From contig NC_045698.1 in NCBI RefSeq assembly GCF_009834535.1, positions 10,728,001 through 10,792,000 of the forward strand: DNA of 64,000 bases, read 5' to 3'. The DNA is from Camelus ferus. Its lineage: Eukaryota. The position numbers were made by a program, and so were the translations under genes. Numbering within the stretch: the stretch's first letter is position 1; each line of letters opens with the position of its first letter. The notes under the pieces are model-generated. The model was not told the origin of the DNA. It saw only the letters and a program-made list of their open reading frames with translations, and did not search any database. Shown here piece after piece: positions 25,531 to 39,561 of the stretch.

Positions 25531-25560
25531 TAGCTCTGTTGGCTAAAGCATGGTGCCAAT
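25531..25560 (+). mobile_element. tRNA-Ile(AAT)-like head remnant (MamSINE1-like ancient SINE?)
   Basis: tagctctgttggctaaagcatggtgccaat vs tRNA-Ile tagctcagttggttagagcgtggtgctaat (25/30 by eye). The 3' half and B box are absent. Confidence 0.4.
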
Positions 25561-27949
25561 GGATGGGAAGTGAGGGATAGGAATGGACGTGGGAGAGTGT
25601 CCTGTCAAGATCGTGGACATACACGGTAATGTCTAAGCAGATCAGGAGAAGGGGTCCTACTGCTAGTTTTGCCTCATTCCTTATGAAAAGCCCAGTTGAG
25701 GTAAAGAACAGTGAGGGCAGAGAGGGCATGATGGTTGTCCCCAACTCAGTCTGTAAAGACGGTCCCCTGTGTGGGGACCGTGAAACACCTGGTGCACTTA
25801 AAACCGTCGTCAGCACTAACACAGAGCCACCATCCGAGAAAGATATGAAAAGAAGGCGAATCATAAGGAAAAGAAAACAGCCATTATTTTTTTTTCCACT
25901 TGCATATTCATAGGCTTGTGATTTCTTTCTTAACTCAAGGAAAGAATGAAGCATCCTTAATCCTATCATCCTGGAAAGCTTGATGAGTAAGCGTCTGAGT
26001 GTTGAAAGGCATGGAAATGTGATGTTATTTGATAAAAAATTTCCCTAAGTCTGCATTCAGAAATGTGAAATCCTAGGTCAGTCACAGGAAACTGTCAAGC
26101 TGTATAAACCAAACACTAAGTTTGTCTAGTTAATCCATTGATGATTATCACCACAAGTGTTACCCCTTTTCTCTACTGGCCCAACCTCAGCCAAACATGC
26201 CTCGTCCTCAGTGGAAAAAGTGCTACCTGGTTTCCACCCAGGTGTCTGTCTCCCTTGAATGTGATGGTCAGGTTGGGGGCAGCAACAGTGCTCAGTCTGC
26301 CCAATGGGGCAGTGCCTTGCCGCTGCCTGGGCTGAGAGTGGGAGGTATCTGGAAGACAGAAGAATTCATGTGCCTTGAGGTAAACTTTACTAAAGAAAGA
26401 TAAGAGACAAAAAGAAGCTGGCAGAGACATTGCCTACCTCCCTCACCATTCCGGGCATCCTTCCTGAGATGCCATGGTTTCCTGTGACCCAGAGTCAGGG
26501 ATGTCTTTGTGATGCTGCGGCCATTTTGGTAAGAATCTTAATTTTTCTCCCCCTCCTTTACTGATTCATTTTCCTTTTCCCTTCACTTGCAACCCCTGCA
26601 CTCAGTAAGCTTTGTTCCCAGGGCTCTGTTTTCCAGAGAAGTCAGCCAAGACACTGCCAGCATACCAACATGGAAGTCACTCTGGGTCACTCCTGATTAT
26701 TCCTGCAGAAAAGAAGCCAGCATAGACAACGGGAGAGGAATTACAGCCTTCATCGGGTAGCCGGAAGGCCTTCAGCTCAGCTGCTGGGGCCCAACACCAA
26801 GAGCCCTTTGGCAGCATTTTAAGGGGCTCAAAATACGTGCCTGTGTCTGGGGCTCCCTCCCTCAAAAGACACAAGCTGGCTGCGTGTGACTCTGGGCAGG
26901 GTCAGGTTGCCGTGTTTCCTGGGCTCGTCTTCACGCATCCCTTCCAGCTCAGCGCTCCCCTCCCATCAGCCCTGTTCGTGCCCCAGCTCTACTCTAACCA
27001 GCGTGCTGCTAACATTTTCACCCTGATGTTTCTGGGCATTTTTTAATGGCCCAGTGGCAGCCTCCAGCCAGGCTGAGCCGCCTACCTGCTCTGTTCAAGT
27101 TATCTCCCCAGAAACCAGTGAGTGGTTTTTGTAAGAACTCAGGTTACAAAGTTGCACAGGTTTGGTGTGGTCTGCCCAACCCGATTTTTCTCATAAACTC
27201 TGTCATTTTAGTGCCTGATTTTAGAGAATGTGAGGTGTGTTCAGGTATGTCTATGTTGCAATCAAGCAGACGTGTCAGTGTCTCTTTTCAAGTAGACATG
27301 AACTAAAGACTTGTTGAATGAATAAAATGCATGAAAGTATTTCTAGGGATGTAGAAAGTGACATTCATATCACAGTTTTTTTTTTTGTTTGTTTGTTTTT
27401 TTTTACTTTTTTGTTTATGTCAAGGAGGATTTAAAGCTCTCACATTATAGCTGATTTAAAAACAGACTTTCCCATGGCCCCTCGCTGGCCTGGCCCTGAT
27501 CAAGTCTCCGGATGGGGCGGGGAGGGTCAGCTCCTTCAAGCAATTACTTTATTTTTCTTCTTTTTAATTTTAACCCTAGTGCACATACCAAGGAATGTGT
27601 CTTTAAAAACAAAAATAAGCCCTGAAATGTGTATTTGGGATTATGATAAGGCAACCAAAGAAATGAAACCTCAGGCATCCTGCTTTAAGTTGATGACTCC
27701 TCCTCCCCAGGAGACGGAGAACCGCTCTGGTGGGTCAGTGTACAGATTGCATACAGTCTCATTTTTACGGAAACCCTTTTGGTGTGCATAGGAATCACTG
27801 TGTACAAATTGGCCAAGTGCTTCTGTAGATAATGTCAGTGGAGTAAATATTCGACAGACCATTAAAAAAACAAAACAAAACAAAACCAAACAGACTTTCC
27901 CCACGGCAACAGTGTTACCTGCAGATAATGCGATAAGCATGCTATGCTG

Positions 27950-28200
27950 AGTCTTCTCTACCGTCTGAACCTACGCCTCTTCCTTCTCCATCAGGTTCTG
28001 CGCCCCGGGAGGCTGGACTTCTTAGGCTACATCGGTTGTGATTCTCCTGCTCTCTGGCCTCCTGTTGGGTCCAGCCAGTGAGATGCAGAGGAGGGGAAGG
28101 GTGGGTGGGAGAAGAGGTGGGGAACCCACATCTTTGTTAATACTCTCAGTTTATGGGTGCCACCTAGTTCCTGCTGTGATCCTGATGGCTAAACAACTTT
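27950..28200. mobile_element. LTR33-like ERVL LTR fragment
   Basis: tgcgccccgggaggctggac...ctgctctctggcctcctgttgggtccagccagtgag. Confidence 0.5.
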
Positions 28201-28694
28201 CTCTGAAGGTTTGTGTATTTTCCAATCTTTAGTAGGTGAATGAGTGAGGCAACTCATTAACTCCTTGTTATATTCATCCTTGACTAAGAAGAAATTCACA
28301 AGAGATTTCACTTATGTCTTTAACTAAAAGTGAAGAGTATCTCTTCCTTGGCAAATCTGTATCTGAAAAAAGGGACACATAAAATACATTTGGAAAAGTG
28401 CCATTTCACACAATTCCATCTGTTTTTTTTTTTTTGATGATTCAGAAGTTATTTCAGTAGACAGCAGTGTCTCAAGAGCAATGATTATGTAAAAATTATA
28501 ACAGTACTAAAGTATGTATGGGAAGTCTGGTTAATAGAAAACCAGACAGTAGAATTTACTACACTTTGGGTAAAATAATCGTGTATGTGTCTGCTATAAA
28601 ATTTCCCTGTGAACATGGCTGAGTTACTAACAAAACAGAGACCCAGAAAAATGACTCCAGGGTAGGTTTTACGTTTTTAAAATAGCATTAGAAA

Positions 28695-28910
28695 TATTTG
28701 TTGATTTTCCCCTATGTTCAGACACCATTATGGCATGTGTATCATATTTCCTTTCATCCTCAGGGCAACCCAATGAATTGGGTTTTGTTTTATAGATGCT
28801 CAGAGAAGTTAAGTTACCAGCTCGAGATCACATACCTGGGAAGGGTCAAAGCCTGGATTAGAGGCCAGGTCTGTTTGATTCCAAAGTCCAAACTCTTACA
28901 CTAGACCAAC
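28695..28910 (-). mobile_element. MIR SINE
   Basis: ttttatagatgctcagagaagttaagttacc...gatcacatac...ggtctgtttgattccaaagtcc. Confidence 0.8.
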
Positions 28911-30297
28911 TGTCATTTCACGGATCGTTGAACGGGAGTTCGAGAATCCACAGCTTGGCTTTTCTGAGCCTTCATGGAGGTGGAAGTTCATCCCAGTCGG
29001 CGATGGCAACTAGTGCTTTGCTTTTGTGTTTTTCCCTGCGAGGTGGGACTGATTCTTATGATTTAGGCATCGCTGTGTGTCATTACCCACTGCAACAGCA
29101 TAAGGCGCCAACATAGGCCAGCAAGACCATCCTTCATGGTAACGGCAGCAGTCACCACGCCGGGAGATCCTGGGACTGAACTCTTTTTCACCTAAGGAAA
29201 CAGTAGGAAGCCATGCTTTCAGGCAGTCACGTTCAGCACCGTGCATTAAATCATAGCATTTTAGAGCTGGAGGGGAATGCTTATAATGAAAGCAATAATT
29301 TTTACTTACTCTTGAAGACCTGTCTGAAAATAGTAGACTATCCTCGGCAGGCAAAAAGGCAATCTTTATTTTTCATGTCCTGTAAACAAGGCCACAAACG
29401 CTGCATGAGAAGGTAAGATAAAGGCTTATTTTTCAATAATTTATGTGTTATCTCCGAGTATGTGTTAAATCCCGAAGGGTGACCCAGACCACTGGACCGG
29501 GGTGGTCCGGTGGCCGGGGCGGGCAGTGGTGGAGGGGGAGGAAGGCCCGGCAGGGGGAGGTGTGTTGGTGGGGTCTACACATCCTTTGCTTGGTGAGCAG
29601 CTGCCCTGAGTTTCTTTGGCAAATTAGTTACATAGGGTGTAAAATGAATGGGCAGAATATTCATTGAGGAGGGGAGGGCTTGGGGTCATATTTCCTGATT
29701 ATCATCCCAACTCCACCTTCCTAAGGGAGGAGAGATTTTGTCCTTACTTAGTCTGGATCAGAAGTGTCATGGCGTTGGTGCATGATGGGTACTTCTGACC
29801 TGCAAGGCTAATTTTATTGAAATGAGGGCATAATGAGCAAAAGGTTACCTTCAGACCCTGGAAATTCCTGCCTTTTCTGACCTTTCTTTGTTGGTCTCCA
29901 GGCCAAAAGGTGTGGCCCCTTATCAGCCCAAAGATTCCTGCTTTTCTTTCTTTGCCCAGGGGCCCCTGGTGCTTACGTAGGTTTCCTGCATTTGGCCTGT
30001 GACCCTCCTTTTTGCCCAACTCCTGCCATTTGGTCTGTGTCCCCCTTTCTCTGCTCATATCTAGCTATCTGCCTGCTCTAACAGAGTCAACCCTGCAAAC
30101 CAGACCCATCTGAGAGCCCACTCAAGAGAATTCTGCCGACATGTGGCTTCATTGCAGGACGATTTTGGAATACTCTTCCTTTCTGGGTCTGTCATTCTCG
30201 CGTTTAAGGTGTTTAGGAATTTGCTCTGCGGAGAAATTTGTGGGTCCTGGCGGTGGGCTATGAAGGATAAAGACGTTCACAATCTCTTCGATATGAT

Positions 30298-30400
30298 ATT
30301 TGCTGTGTTTTATCTCTAGCTCCTAGAACAGTGCCTGGACCATATGTGGTGCTCACTGAATATTTATTAAATGAATGGATGAATAGATGGAGGGAAGGAA
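30298..30400 (+). mobile_element. L2 3' terminus
   Basis: cctagaacagtgcctggaccatatgtggtgctcactgaatatttattaaatgaatggatgaat. Confidence 0.85.
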
Positions 30401-32271
30401 GAAGAGAGACGAATTCTTGAACAAACTTTTTGCATGATGAAGGAGAGCAGAGAGGAGCTTTCATGAGCCCCACCCAGTGTCCTTCTCCAGGCTGGGGCCA
30501 AATGGGAGCCTCAAGGCAGTTGGCGGGGAGACTAAAGCAGGCTGTGTGAAAGGGCGAGGGCTCTACACGCCTCTGCACACTTGCCCTTTGCCTTCTCCCC
30601 GTTGGGCACGAATCCACCCACGGGAGGACCACAGGGGCTTTCAGGACACACAAGTGTGAGCCCCTGGCATATCCATTTTTCACTTTCTTGGTCAGAGTGA
30701 CTCCTAGAGGGTTAATGAAAACCACATGGCGCGCCCATCTGGAGACGTGGGTGGAGGAGTGAGCTTGGCACCAGGAGACTGGTTGTGAGGCGGTTTTAAT
30801 TCAGGTGAGGCCTGTGAGGGCTCGAATTCAAACACAGGTGGTGAGAATGGCCTGGAGGTGATGTGTTCTGGAAATATTTGTCGGGAGGATCAGCATTACT
30901 TATTGGACTCATCATATCCTGCCCCGAGGCCTTAGATGTCCCCAAATAAAGTGACTTTATAGTTTCCAGCTGAGAATGTTGGCCAGCCACCAGCTATTGC
31001 TAGGAGCTGGCTTTTTCAGAATGGCCACTATATTCATTGTTTTTGAATTTCCGAGTCCCATCTGTTTGGTTCTGCAGTGTGTTTCTTTCCATACTTAATA
31101 AAGACCTGTTGAAATGGCATTTAATTCAGATTTTTTTTTGCACCAATGAAGTCAGTGTGGCTTTTCTCACCACCCTAGCATTTCAGCCTCTCTCTGTCTC
31201 TGTCACTCTGCCTGTCCCCCCCAGTCCCCTCTTATCTCTCATCTTTCCGCTTTAGCCACGACTGGCTCCGACTTCATGACTTCTGATCTGTGCCTCCCAG
31301 CTTACCTGGACTCCTGGGTGCTGGCTTCTGGGACTCAGCTTTACCCACGCTCAGACCTACCACTCACTTCCCAGCTTGGACTTCCGATGCCATCCTCTGA
31401 CTCGGAACCGTCTCTGTGCCCTCTGGTTTGGTCTGGGGACCCAAATGTTTATCTTGCCATTGCCCTTTCCCAGTTGGTCCTGTCCTGTGGCACTTCATGT
31501 CCCCGGGTGGCATGAAGCTTTTGGCCTGGCTGTCCCCACTGGAGAGTCTGTTTGGCTAAAAGAGTTTGCGCCCTATTTCCCGGCATTGTTAGCAGGACAC
31601 CCCTTCTGGACACCTTTCAGTCATTCCATATTTGGACCTGAGATTTCTCAGCTCTACCTCTTCCCATCCTTCACCAAAATTTGAAACTCAGACTTCTTAC
31701 ACAGAAATTTCATTCAACGAATCCCATCACTTTGATCACCCGTCTTAGATTTAAGCAGTGCTCGTTGGTCTGTGTTTAAGAAACGCATCATCTTCTGTCC
31801 TGGAGGGCAGGGGTTAACTGTTTGCTTAAGCAGCTTTATAATGTAACAAAGGCCACCACTTATGTTGTAATGCAACCGAGAATAAGTTTAGAAAAAATTA
31901 ATGCTATTAGTGATTACTGAAAGATGACTTCTTTGTGAAATGGAAGTAATATTAGGGAAAATATTAACGCGCTTTATCTTCTGCACTTTCGGGTATGTTA
32001 CCTTATCCCTGATCACCCCGAGGAATCCGTCTTCTTCACGAGTGTGGTGCTGGGGTTCTCATAGGGATTTGTTGACATTACAATGGAAATGTCAGGGGAA
32101 ATTAAAAAAATTAATAGTCAGTTTCTGACATTCAAAATAGGCTTTCGCTGCCAAGCAGTAGGCTTGAGGTTTTTGCTGCGAGAGGTTTCCCAAATTAGCA
32201 TGTCAAGTTCAGAAGCCCAGCCCTTGGTGCTTGAAGGAATAAGACGTGTAGTCTTTTTCTCCCCTGATTCC

Positions 32272-33048
32272 TGCTTTATTGAGGAATAATTGACAATTAT
32301 ATGTTGTATATATTTAAGGTATACAATTGATGATTGGATATATGTAGACATTGTAAAATGATCACCATAATCAAAGTAGTTAACGTATCCCTTACTTTAT
32401 ATAATTTTTTTTTTTTTGTGGTGAGAACCTTTAAGATCTGCCTTCCTAGCAAATTTCAAGTTACATGACAGTATTGTTAACTATGGTCGCATTGTTGTAC
32501 ATTAGATCTCCAGAGCTTACTCATCTTACACAACTGAAACTTTGTATGCCTTGATCACCACCTCCCCATTTCTCCCTGCCCCCAGCTCCTGTATCATTCT
32601 ACACTCCGATGATTTTAGATTCCACGTATAAGTGAGCTCATGCAGAATTTGTCTTTCTGAGTCTGGCTTATTTCACTTAGGATAATGTTTTCTAGGTTTA
32701 CCTATGACCTCATAAATGGCAGGATTTCCTTCTCTTTTTTTTAAAGACTGAACAGTATTCCACTGCATATACATACCATCCATTTATCCGTCAGTGGACA
32801 CTTAGGTGTTTCTGTATCGTGACTACTGTGAATAATGCTGGCGGTGAATATGGGGTGCAGATATCTCTCTAAGATCCTAATTTCAATTGTTTTGGGTATA
32901 TGCCCGGAAGTGGGATTGCTGGGTCATGTGACAGTTCAATTTTTAATTTGGGGGGAACTTCCATCCTGTTTTCTATAGTGACTGCACCAGTTTACATTCC
33001 TACCAACAGGGCACAGGGGCTCCCTTTTCTCCACATTGTCTTGATCAC
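32272..33048 (-). mobile_element. L1MA9/10-like 3' fragment
   Basis: gctttattgagg...tatatttaaggtatacaa...ttttagattccacgtataagtgag...tctggcttatttcacttag...gaagtgggattgctgggtc. Confidence 0.9.
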
Positions 33049-33949
33049 ATCTTCCTGGGAGAGACTCCAGAGAAAGGAGGGGTGCTGTATAAGCTGAGGA
33101 GATGCTGAGAGTGTGGGTCTTTTACTCCAGCTTTCTGTCTGGAGCTCCAGGAGGAGGCTGTCTTGCAGACTGCTCCCTTGTGAACCTGGGGACACCCCCA
33201 TCGAAGTAAGCTAGGAAGCACAGAGTGGGCTGGGATTCATTAGCCTGAGTTGCTTTTGCTTCTGGAGGGGCATGAATGGAACCTAGAATTTCCTTCTTGT
33301 TCCTGGTGTTTGGGGTGGGGTGGGAGACACAGAAGGTAGCTGCGTTTCGGGCCCTCGGGTCAGCTAAGGTCTCCCTGAGGTGAGGGGAAGGTGGAACTTG
33401 AGCAGAGACCGGGATGGACCACTTAGGCCAAGAGCTGAAGGAGGGTGTGCTGGAGACCCGAGCCCTCCACCACCTGGGGGGCGGGGGGCAGGTCAGCGAG
33501 GGGGGAACGCCCGACCAGGTGTTATTAATGATTCATTTTGACCTGATAAAGGAAGATGGGCGTATAGTGCACGTGATCACATTTTCCTTAACAACAAAAC
33601 CTGGAAGGTTGCGCTTCAGGACTTGATGGTGGTCGCATTGGTTGTTAGAGTTAGAATCTTGACTTTCTCTCTTCTGCTTCTCTCATTTTGAAACATATTT
33701 TGTTAAGAGAAAGGGTAAATTTTATACAAAGAAAAAAATAAAGCTATCTCTAGAAATTAAAAAAAAAAAAAAAGGGAATCTTGCTGGACACGTTACCCTG
33801 CAACTTTTCTTTCAATATTCCGAAGCCATCCCTGTATGTCTGTAGACATAAATCTCTCTTTTTGAAATTTTTCCTGAACACACATATATAATTTTACACA
33901 AACTGAATCATATTTTTTCTCGATTCAATCTCCTTTTTCCTTTACCTTC

Positions 33950-34320
33950 TACCCTTTCCCCTCCCCGCTACCACCCCCACTGTCTACTTCCCCAGGTAGT
34001 GTCAGCAACCTGATGTGTGTGGTTTTGTACTTTTTTCTGTATAAACATACAAATACGTATAAATATGTAGACATGTGCACATGTAAATGCATTTGCAGGT
34101 GTTCCATTTCTGCATTGTCTTTTGTACTCACCTCTACCTCCTGGAAAACCCTGCCAGCCAACTGGCATAACTCCAATGCATTTTTTAAATGGTTCCACAA
34201 TATTCTATGGTGTTGCCATATTATAAGTCGTTCATCCACCTGTGAGATTTCTGAGCATTTCTTTTTTCTTGATTCTTGGAGGTGGTGGCTATTTGGCTAC
34301 TGTCATTTAAAGGCTTATAA
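33950..34320 (-). mobile_element. old L1ME/MC-type fragment
   Basis: ttcccaggtagtgtcagcaacctgatgtgt...cattttttaaatggttccacaatattctatggtg. Confidence 0.55.
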
Positions 34321-34327
34321 TAATAAT

Positions 34328-34553
34328 TTTTTTCTCCATTTTTTAATTGAAGCATAGTTGATTTACAATGTTGTATTAGTTTCTGGTGTACAGTACAGCA
34401 CAGTGATTCAGTTATATGCACGCATATATATATGCATATTCTTTTTCACATTCTTTTTCATTACAGGTTACTACAAGCCATTGAACAGAGTTCCCTGTGC
34501 TATACAGCAGGAGTGTTTGTCTATTCTGTACGTAGTAGTTGTATCTATGCTAC
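34328..34553 (-). mobile_element. young L1 3' end
   Basis: aattgaagcatagttgatttacaatgttgtattagtttctggtgtacag...gttccctgtgctatacagcagg. Confidence 0.9.
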
Positions 34554-36831
34554 TATGAAAGCTTATTATAGTTTCTATATTTCAAGTAAGTTTAGCAGTT
34601 AAGTTTTATTACTCTGATAACATTAACACACCTAGATTTTTATCCACTTACTTCTAATGACGTTCAAATGTGTTACTCTATTTTAAGGCCAAGACAATAG
34701 TCCTTGGTGAATGTAGGTGCTATGGAGTAAGATGATAGGACAATGAATGAATAAATGTTTGAGAATCTCTATTACGTAAGATACAGATTTCGAGCTCATT
34801 AGTGGGTTGCCACAAAACTCTTTAATAGAACGTGTGCAAGGGATTTCTGTGGAGGGGTTAAAGCCGGACCCAAATCAAGGTGGTGACTTTTATTTGAATT
34901 AACCAGCTGTTGAAAAATGGGCTGGATCTTCAGAAGGCCATAAGGTTTTTACAGTTTTATTGGAATTTTCATTGCAATTATTGCATATGGTATCTTGCAT
35001 TCAGGCGTAGGTCACACTGATTTTCAGAGGTTAGTAAGATAATGTTAGCTTCTTATTGTCGACTCTCCTTGACCTTTCTAGCATTATCTTATGCCCAGAA
35101 GATTTGTTACAGAGTCCCAATATTTACCCAAGGTAATGCTTCTTTATATATCTAAGTCCAAAGTTTCAAAAAGTTATAGACATCTAAACCCTCATTTAAT
35201 TTTTGTTGTTGTTGCCTTTTTTGGGTTGTGAATCTCGCTCACAGTGGGTGAAGATGATAATTTTTATTTTCGTCTGCCAAGAGTTTTAAATCATGCCGAC
35301 TAAATGAGGTAAAAGCCAACATTGCTTAGCTGAGTTACCTCTGATGACAGTGTGTAAATCACTTCCTATCATTTTACCTGCAGGAAGGGGAGGTTGTTAT
35401 TCTGTTACACTTGCTTTAAATGTCTAACTGTGGCTTCTATTACCAACAGAAATTTAGAAACATATTGGCCCACTGCCATAAACTTTTGACTAATAAAAAA
35501 CAAACACATAGTACAAGTTTTTCTCTGAAGCTTAAATTTAAAACCAGGTGTGAGGGCAAAGAGGTTTGCTAATGCTGAACATGTCTTTGGTCACGTGGAC
35601 ACCATGTAGTGTATGATGAATAAGGTTGATTTTTAAAAAAAATTTTTACTTTCTTCTTTGTAGGAAATAGAACCAGAATTACCTGAAAATCTGCCCAGTG
35701 TTCTCGTTACTGTCTCAGTCATTTGACTGTGGATGGAAGTCAGGGCATCCTTAATACACAGTCCAGAGACTTAATAAGTAAAAGGGAAATTGAAGGGCAG
35801 ATAAATCTAACTTAGAGAGTGGCAGAATCCCTTCTGTAATAACAGCGCTTAATCACCACTTCTGTCTTCTGGATGTTTTTGCACTGTTGCGTCTCATCGC
35901 CAAGGATGGCAGAGAAGGTGGGATGCAGGCAGCTGTGGTGAGAGATCTGGGGTGAGAGAGCTCTCTCCACCACCCACACATCCTTCCCAGTGTGGGCTGA
36001 GTTCCGGCCAGCCAGCCATTCTTAACCTCCAGGCTGACTCACTCAGGGCTTGTAACCCAGTCATAACCCCTGACTCTGCATTGTGTCCCACAGGCTGGGC
36101 TGGGCCCCTGCTTAGCAGGACTGGACCAGGCACCACCGTCCTCTTGGGGTCTTCAGGTGTTAGAATTAGCAGAGACCTTGGCACCATCCCCTCACCCTCC
36201 TTGCTTTGCTGATGATGGGACTGAGGCCCAAAGAAGTTGAGTGTGTTGTGGTTAAGTCCTAAGGGGGTCCACATTCCCTACCCTCCCGATCTGTGGGGCT
36301 CTCTGTCTTCACTGTCAGGCACCTGTCTTTTTAGGGAAGATGGCTGTGCGTCAGGATGCTGAGGGTATGGGGCTGCTGTTGAATGGGATGACAAGATTTC
36401 CGCTGGGGCATGAGGCACTGGCCTGGGGCGCTGCTGAGAGCATGAGGGTGGGGGCTGCAAGCCAAAAGCAGTCCATTTTCCTATATCACTGTTTCTTCGA
36501 TGGCATCCCTACCTCCAAATCTGTCCTCATTGTCAGCCTTCTCCACCTGAAACACTGTGCATTTCAAGTCTGTGCATTTCAAGAACGCTGGTATCTCTGA
36601 CTACATTCAGCCTTGAGCTTCTTGGCTGAGAGATGTTCCCTAGAGACAAAACATTAGTGTTGATATTTTTGGATCATTAAGATGTCCAGCTGCGTCAGCT
36701 GCTCAACTTCTTTTAGCCTCTCTTGTCCTGCAAGATCTTCATTACCCGAGTGAAGGAAAACTGGCTTCTAATTCTGGATAATGTCAGATTGTCACAACTC
36801 CATCAGGATTTAGGTAGAATTAAATTTCTTT

Positions 36832-36979
36832 GTATTTTTAATTTAATTTATTTTAATTTTGTTTTTTAAATTGAGGTTTTTTATTGGCTTTTTTAAAAAA
36901 AATGGAGGTACTAGTGATTAAGCCAGGACCTTGCGCATGCTAAGCATGTGCTCTACAACTGAGCTGTACCCCTACCCTC
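36832..36979 (-). mobile_element. vic-1-like SINE
   Basis: aatggaggtactagtgattaagccaggaccttgcgcatgctaagcatgtgctctacaactgagctgtaccc. Perfect 11-bp TSD taaatttcttt at 36821-36831 and 36980-36990. Confidence 0.9.
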
Positions 36980-37974
36980 TAAATTTCTTTTTAAATAGTT
37001 TAAATTCTGAATGGGCCTAAATGACTTCCTCAAGCTTTTTCTTTACTTCAAAAAAAAAAAAAAATCAGAAAGCGAGCAACCTTTTTTACCTTCTTTTCCT
37101 GGAGCTTCCTGAAGAAAATTGGCAGAGCGGCCCACCAGGTACAGGTAGTGAGTGAAATAATGGATCTTTTGGAAATATACAGCCCTTATCGTGAGACTCA
37201 ATAGCGATGTCTTAAATGGAAGGTGTAAGCAAATCTTAGCTGGAGGCAGCATCTGAACTCCCTTTTCACCAGTGTTACTCACTGATGGCTTCTCATCAAA
37301 GAGAATTATAATTCAAATTACTTTCAAGATTTCCCTATTGGATTCCATGAGATGCCACAGGTTTTTCTGTAAAAGGAAATACTAGCCGTAGATTTTTTTT
37401 GCCCTTTAAATTGTATTTGAAAATTAGATATAAGAAGACTGTTGAACACATATGACATTCCATCCATCACTGACATGGAGACAGGCTTTTATCGACTGTC
37501 TCTCAAGTTGACACGAGAGCTCTTTGCAGATCACTGATCTGTGCTGCATATTCGACCTCTCAATTTCAATACATATCAGTCCTGTTACTTCATGCGTTAA
37601 GGGTACGAACCAACATCGTTACTCAGACTCACTTCCCAAGATCTATTACTGACAGGGGAAGTTGAAACAGAAAAGGGAAAAACTGTGGTACTCAAACTGT
37701 GTCTACTGTAAGTGAGCTGAAACAGGACTACTTTACAGAAAATATTAATAACCACAGTCTTTGTTTTCTATAAAAATTACTCAAGATAAGCTACACATTT
37801 TAAAACAGCCTAATTCAGGATTACCCAAAAACTGTAACATCAGCAGTTCACATCTCTGCCTTTGCAATGGTGTAAATAGGATTTTTAAATCCTGCAAGCA
37901 ACAGGAGTTTTCAAATTACAGCACTGCAGTGAAAACAGAATATGCAAACCTGGAGTACTGCACAGGTGCTGGGA

Positions 37975-38200
37975 TCCTGGGAGTCAGAATAACAAAATGA
38001 AGTTCAAATCCGGACTCCTGCTACTCACTCTTACTTTGAGCATTATTTACTCTCACTAAGCTTTTTTTTCTCATTTATAGAATGAAAAAATCTGCCGCGG
38101 ATATACAGAAGGGTTGTTTTGAGAGTAAATGTGAAGTGTTTAGGGCAATGTCTCGTGTGGGATAATAGTCAGAGCAGATCAGCTATTTTTATTAGTTATT
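37975..38200 (+). mobile_element. MIR SINE
   Basis: ggagtcaga...gttcaaatccggactc...ttctcatttatagaatg...agggttgttttgagagtaaatg...agctattttta. Confidence 0.7.
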
Positions 38201-38714
38201 ATTCATGCTGCCTCTTACATCAAGATTGGCTAGAAAAACATCATTCTTCCTTCTAGCAGCATATTTAAAAATTAAAAAAATATTTCCCAATTTATTTTTG
38301 GTTCTTTTACAAAGTTTACAAATTGCAGTTAAATTTGGGATCATTGCTGGTAGCAACTCAAGCTAGTATTTTATCTCAACTCCTGTTAGGATTTAAGAGT
38401 GTTTCTTGGTCAAATGATCTCGGGAAGTGGTGCCATAGCCTACCATTTATCTATACTAAAATGAAAAAATTACTAAGTGCAGTAAGAAGATTGGACAGTG
38501 GCTTTTCTAAGCCATTATATACCATATTTGATTGAAACAGCCTCATGTAGTTGGGCATTCAAGTTGTTTCTCACATTTTGCTATTGTAAATAGTGCAGAA
38601 CCTGCATCATTGGTAGACAACAAAATTTAAAAATAATATTGGTTGAAAACCCTTTCATATAGATGACTATAAAATAGACCCCAAAACTTAGAGACATAGA
38701 AAGTGTGATGCATA

Positions 38715-39231
38715 CATGACTAGTGGGAACATAAAAGGGTTGAGCCACTATGGAAAACAGTGTGGTGATTCCTCAGTAAGTTAAACACAGAATCACTACA
38801 CGATCCAGCAATTTCACTCCGAGGGATATGCTCCCCCAGATTGGAAACAGATGTTCAGACAAAAACTTGTACATCAATGTTCATAGCAGCACTATTCACC
38901 GTCGCCAAAAGGTAGAAACAACCCAAATGTCCATAAGGGGATCAGTGGATAAACAAATGTGGTATATCCATACAATGGAGTATTATTTAGCCATAAAAAG
39001 GAATGAAGTACTGATGTATGCTACAACAGTGATGCACCTTGAAAACATGCTACGTAGAGGATGCCGGACACAAATGTTCACATACTGTATGATTCCATTT
39101 ATAAGAAATATCCAAAATAGGTAAATCTATAGAGACAAAAAGCAGGTTAATGGTTGTCCAGGGCTAAGGGGAAGCAAAGAAGGTGTGACTGTTTAATGAG
39201 TAGGGGGGTTCCTTTTGAGGTGATGAAAATG
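38715..39231 (+). mobile_element. L1MB-type ORF2 end/3' UTR
   Basis: gccactatggaaaacagtgtgg...aatgttcatagcagcactattcac. ORF 38828 contains VDKQMWYIHTMEYYLAIKRNEV. Confidence 0.9.
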
Positions 39232-39402
39232 CTTGCTTTTGGCCAAATTATTTCCTCCTAAACTATGAGGAGCCCCTTTTTAAGGGATGGTGTTGGGCAT
39301 TTTTGCTCTGTCCTCCTGGACTGGACTTGATGGAAAGGCATTTTGATCAAGATAAAAAATTTGTAGCTTAGCTAAGGGGTTGTCATCTAATAATCATCTC
39401 TC

Positions 39403-39561
39403 TTTTTTTTTCTTGTAACATTTTTCATTTTTTTTTTTTTTGAAGGAAGGCAATTAGGTTTATTTATTTATTAATTGTTTTTTAAAATGGAGGTACTGGG
39501 GATTGAGTCCAGAACCTTGTGCATGCTAAGCACACACTCTACCACTGACCTATATCCTCCC
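39403..39561 (-). mobile_element. vic-1-like SINE
   Basis: caattaggtttatttattta...aatggaggtactggggattgagtccagaaccttgtgcatgctaagcacacactctaccactgacctatatcctccc. Confidence 0.9.

Noticed and set aside
25424..25969. 181-aa minus ORF and 94-aa plus ORF with a basic KRRRIIRKRK stretch
   Set aside because: No recognisable homology or splice context; the basic stretch comes from A/G-rich sequence.
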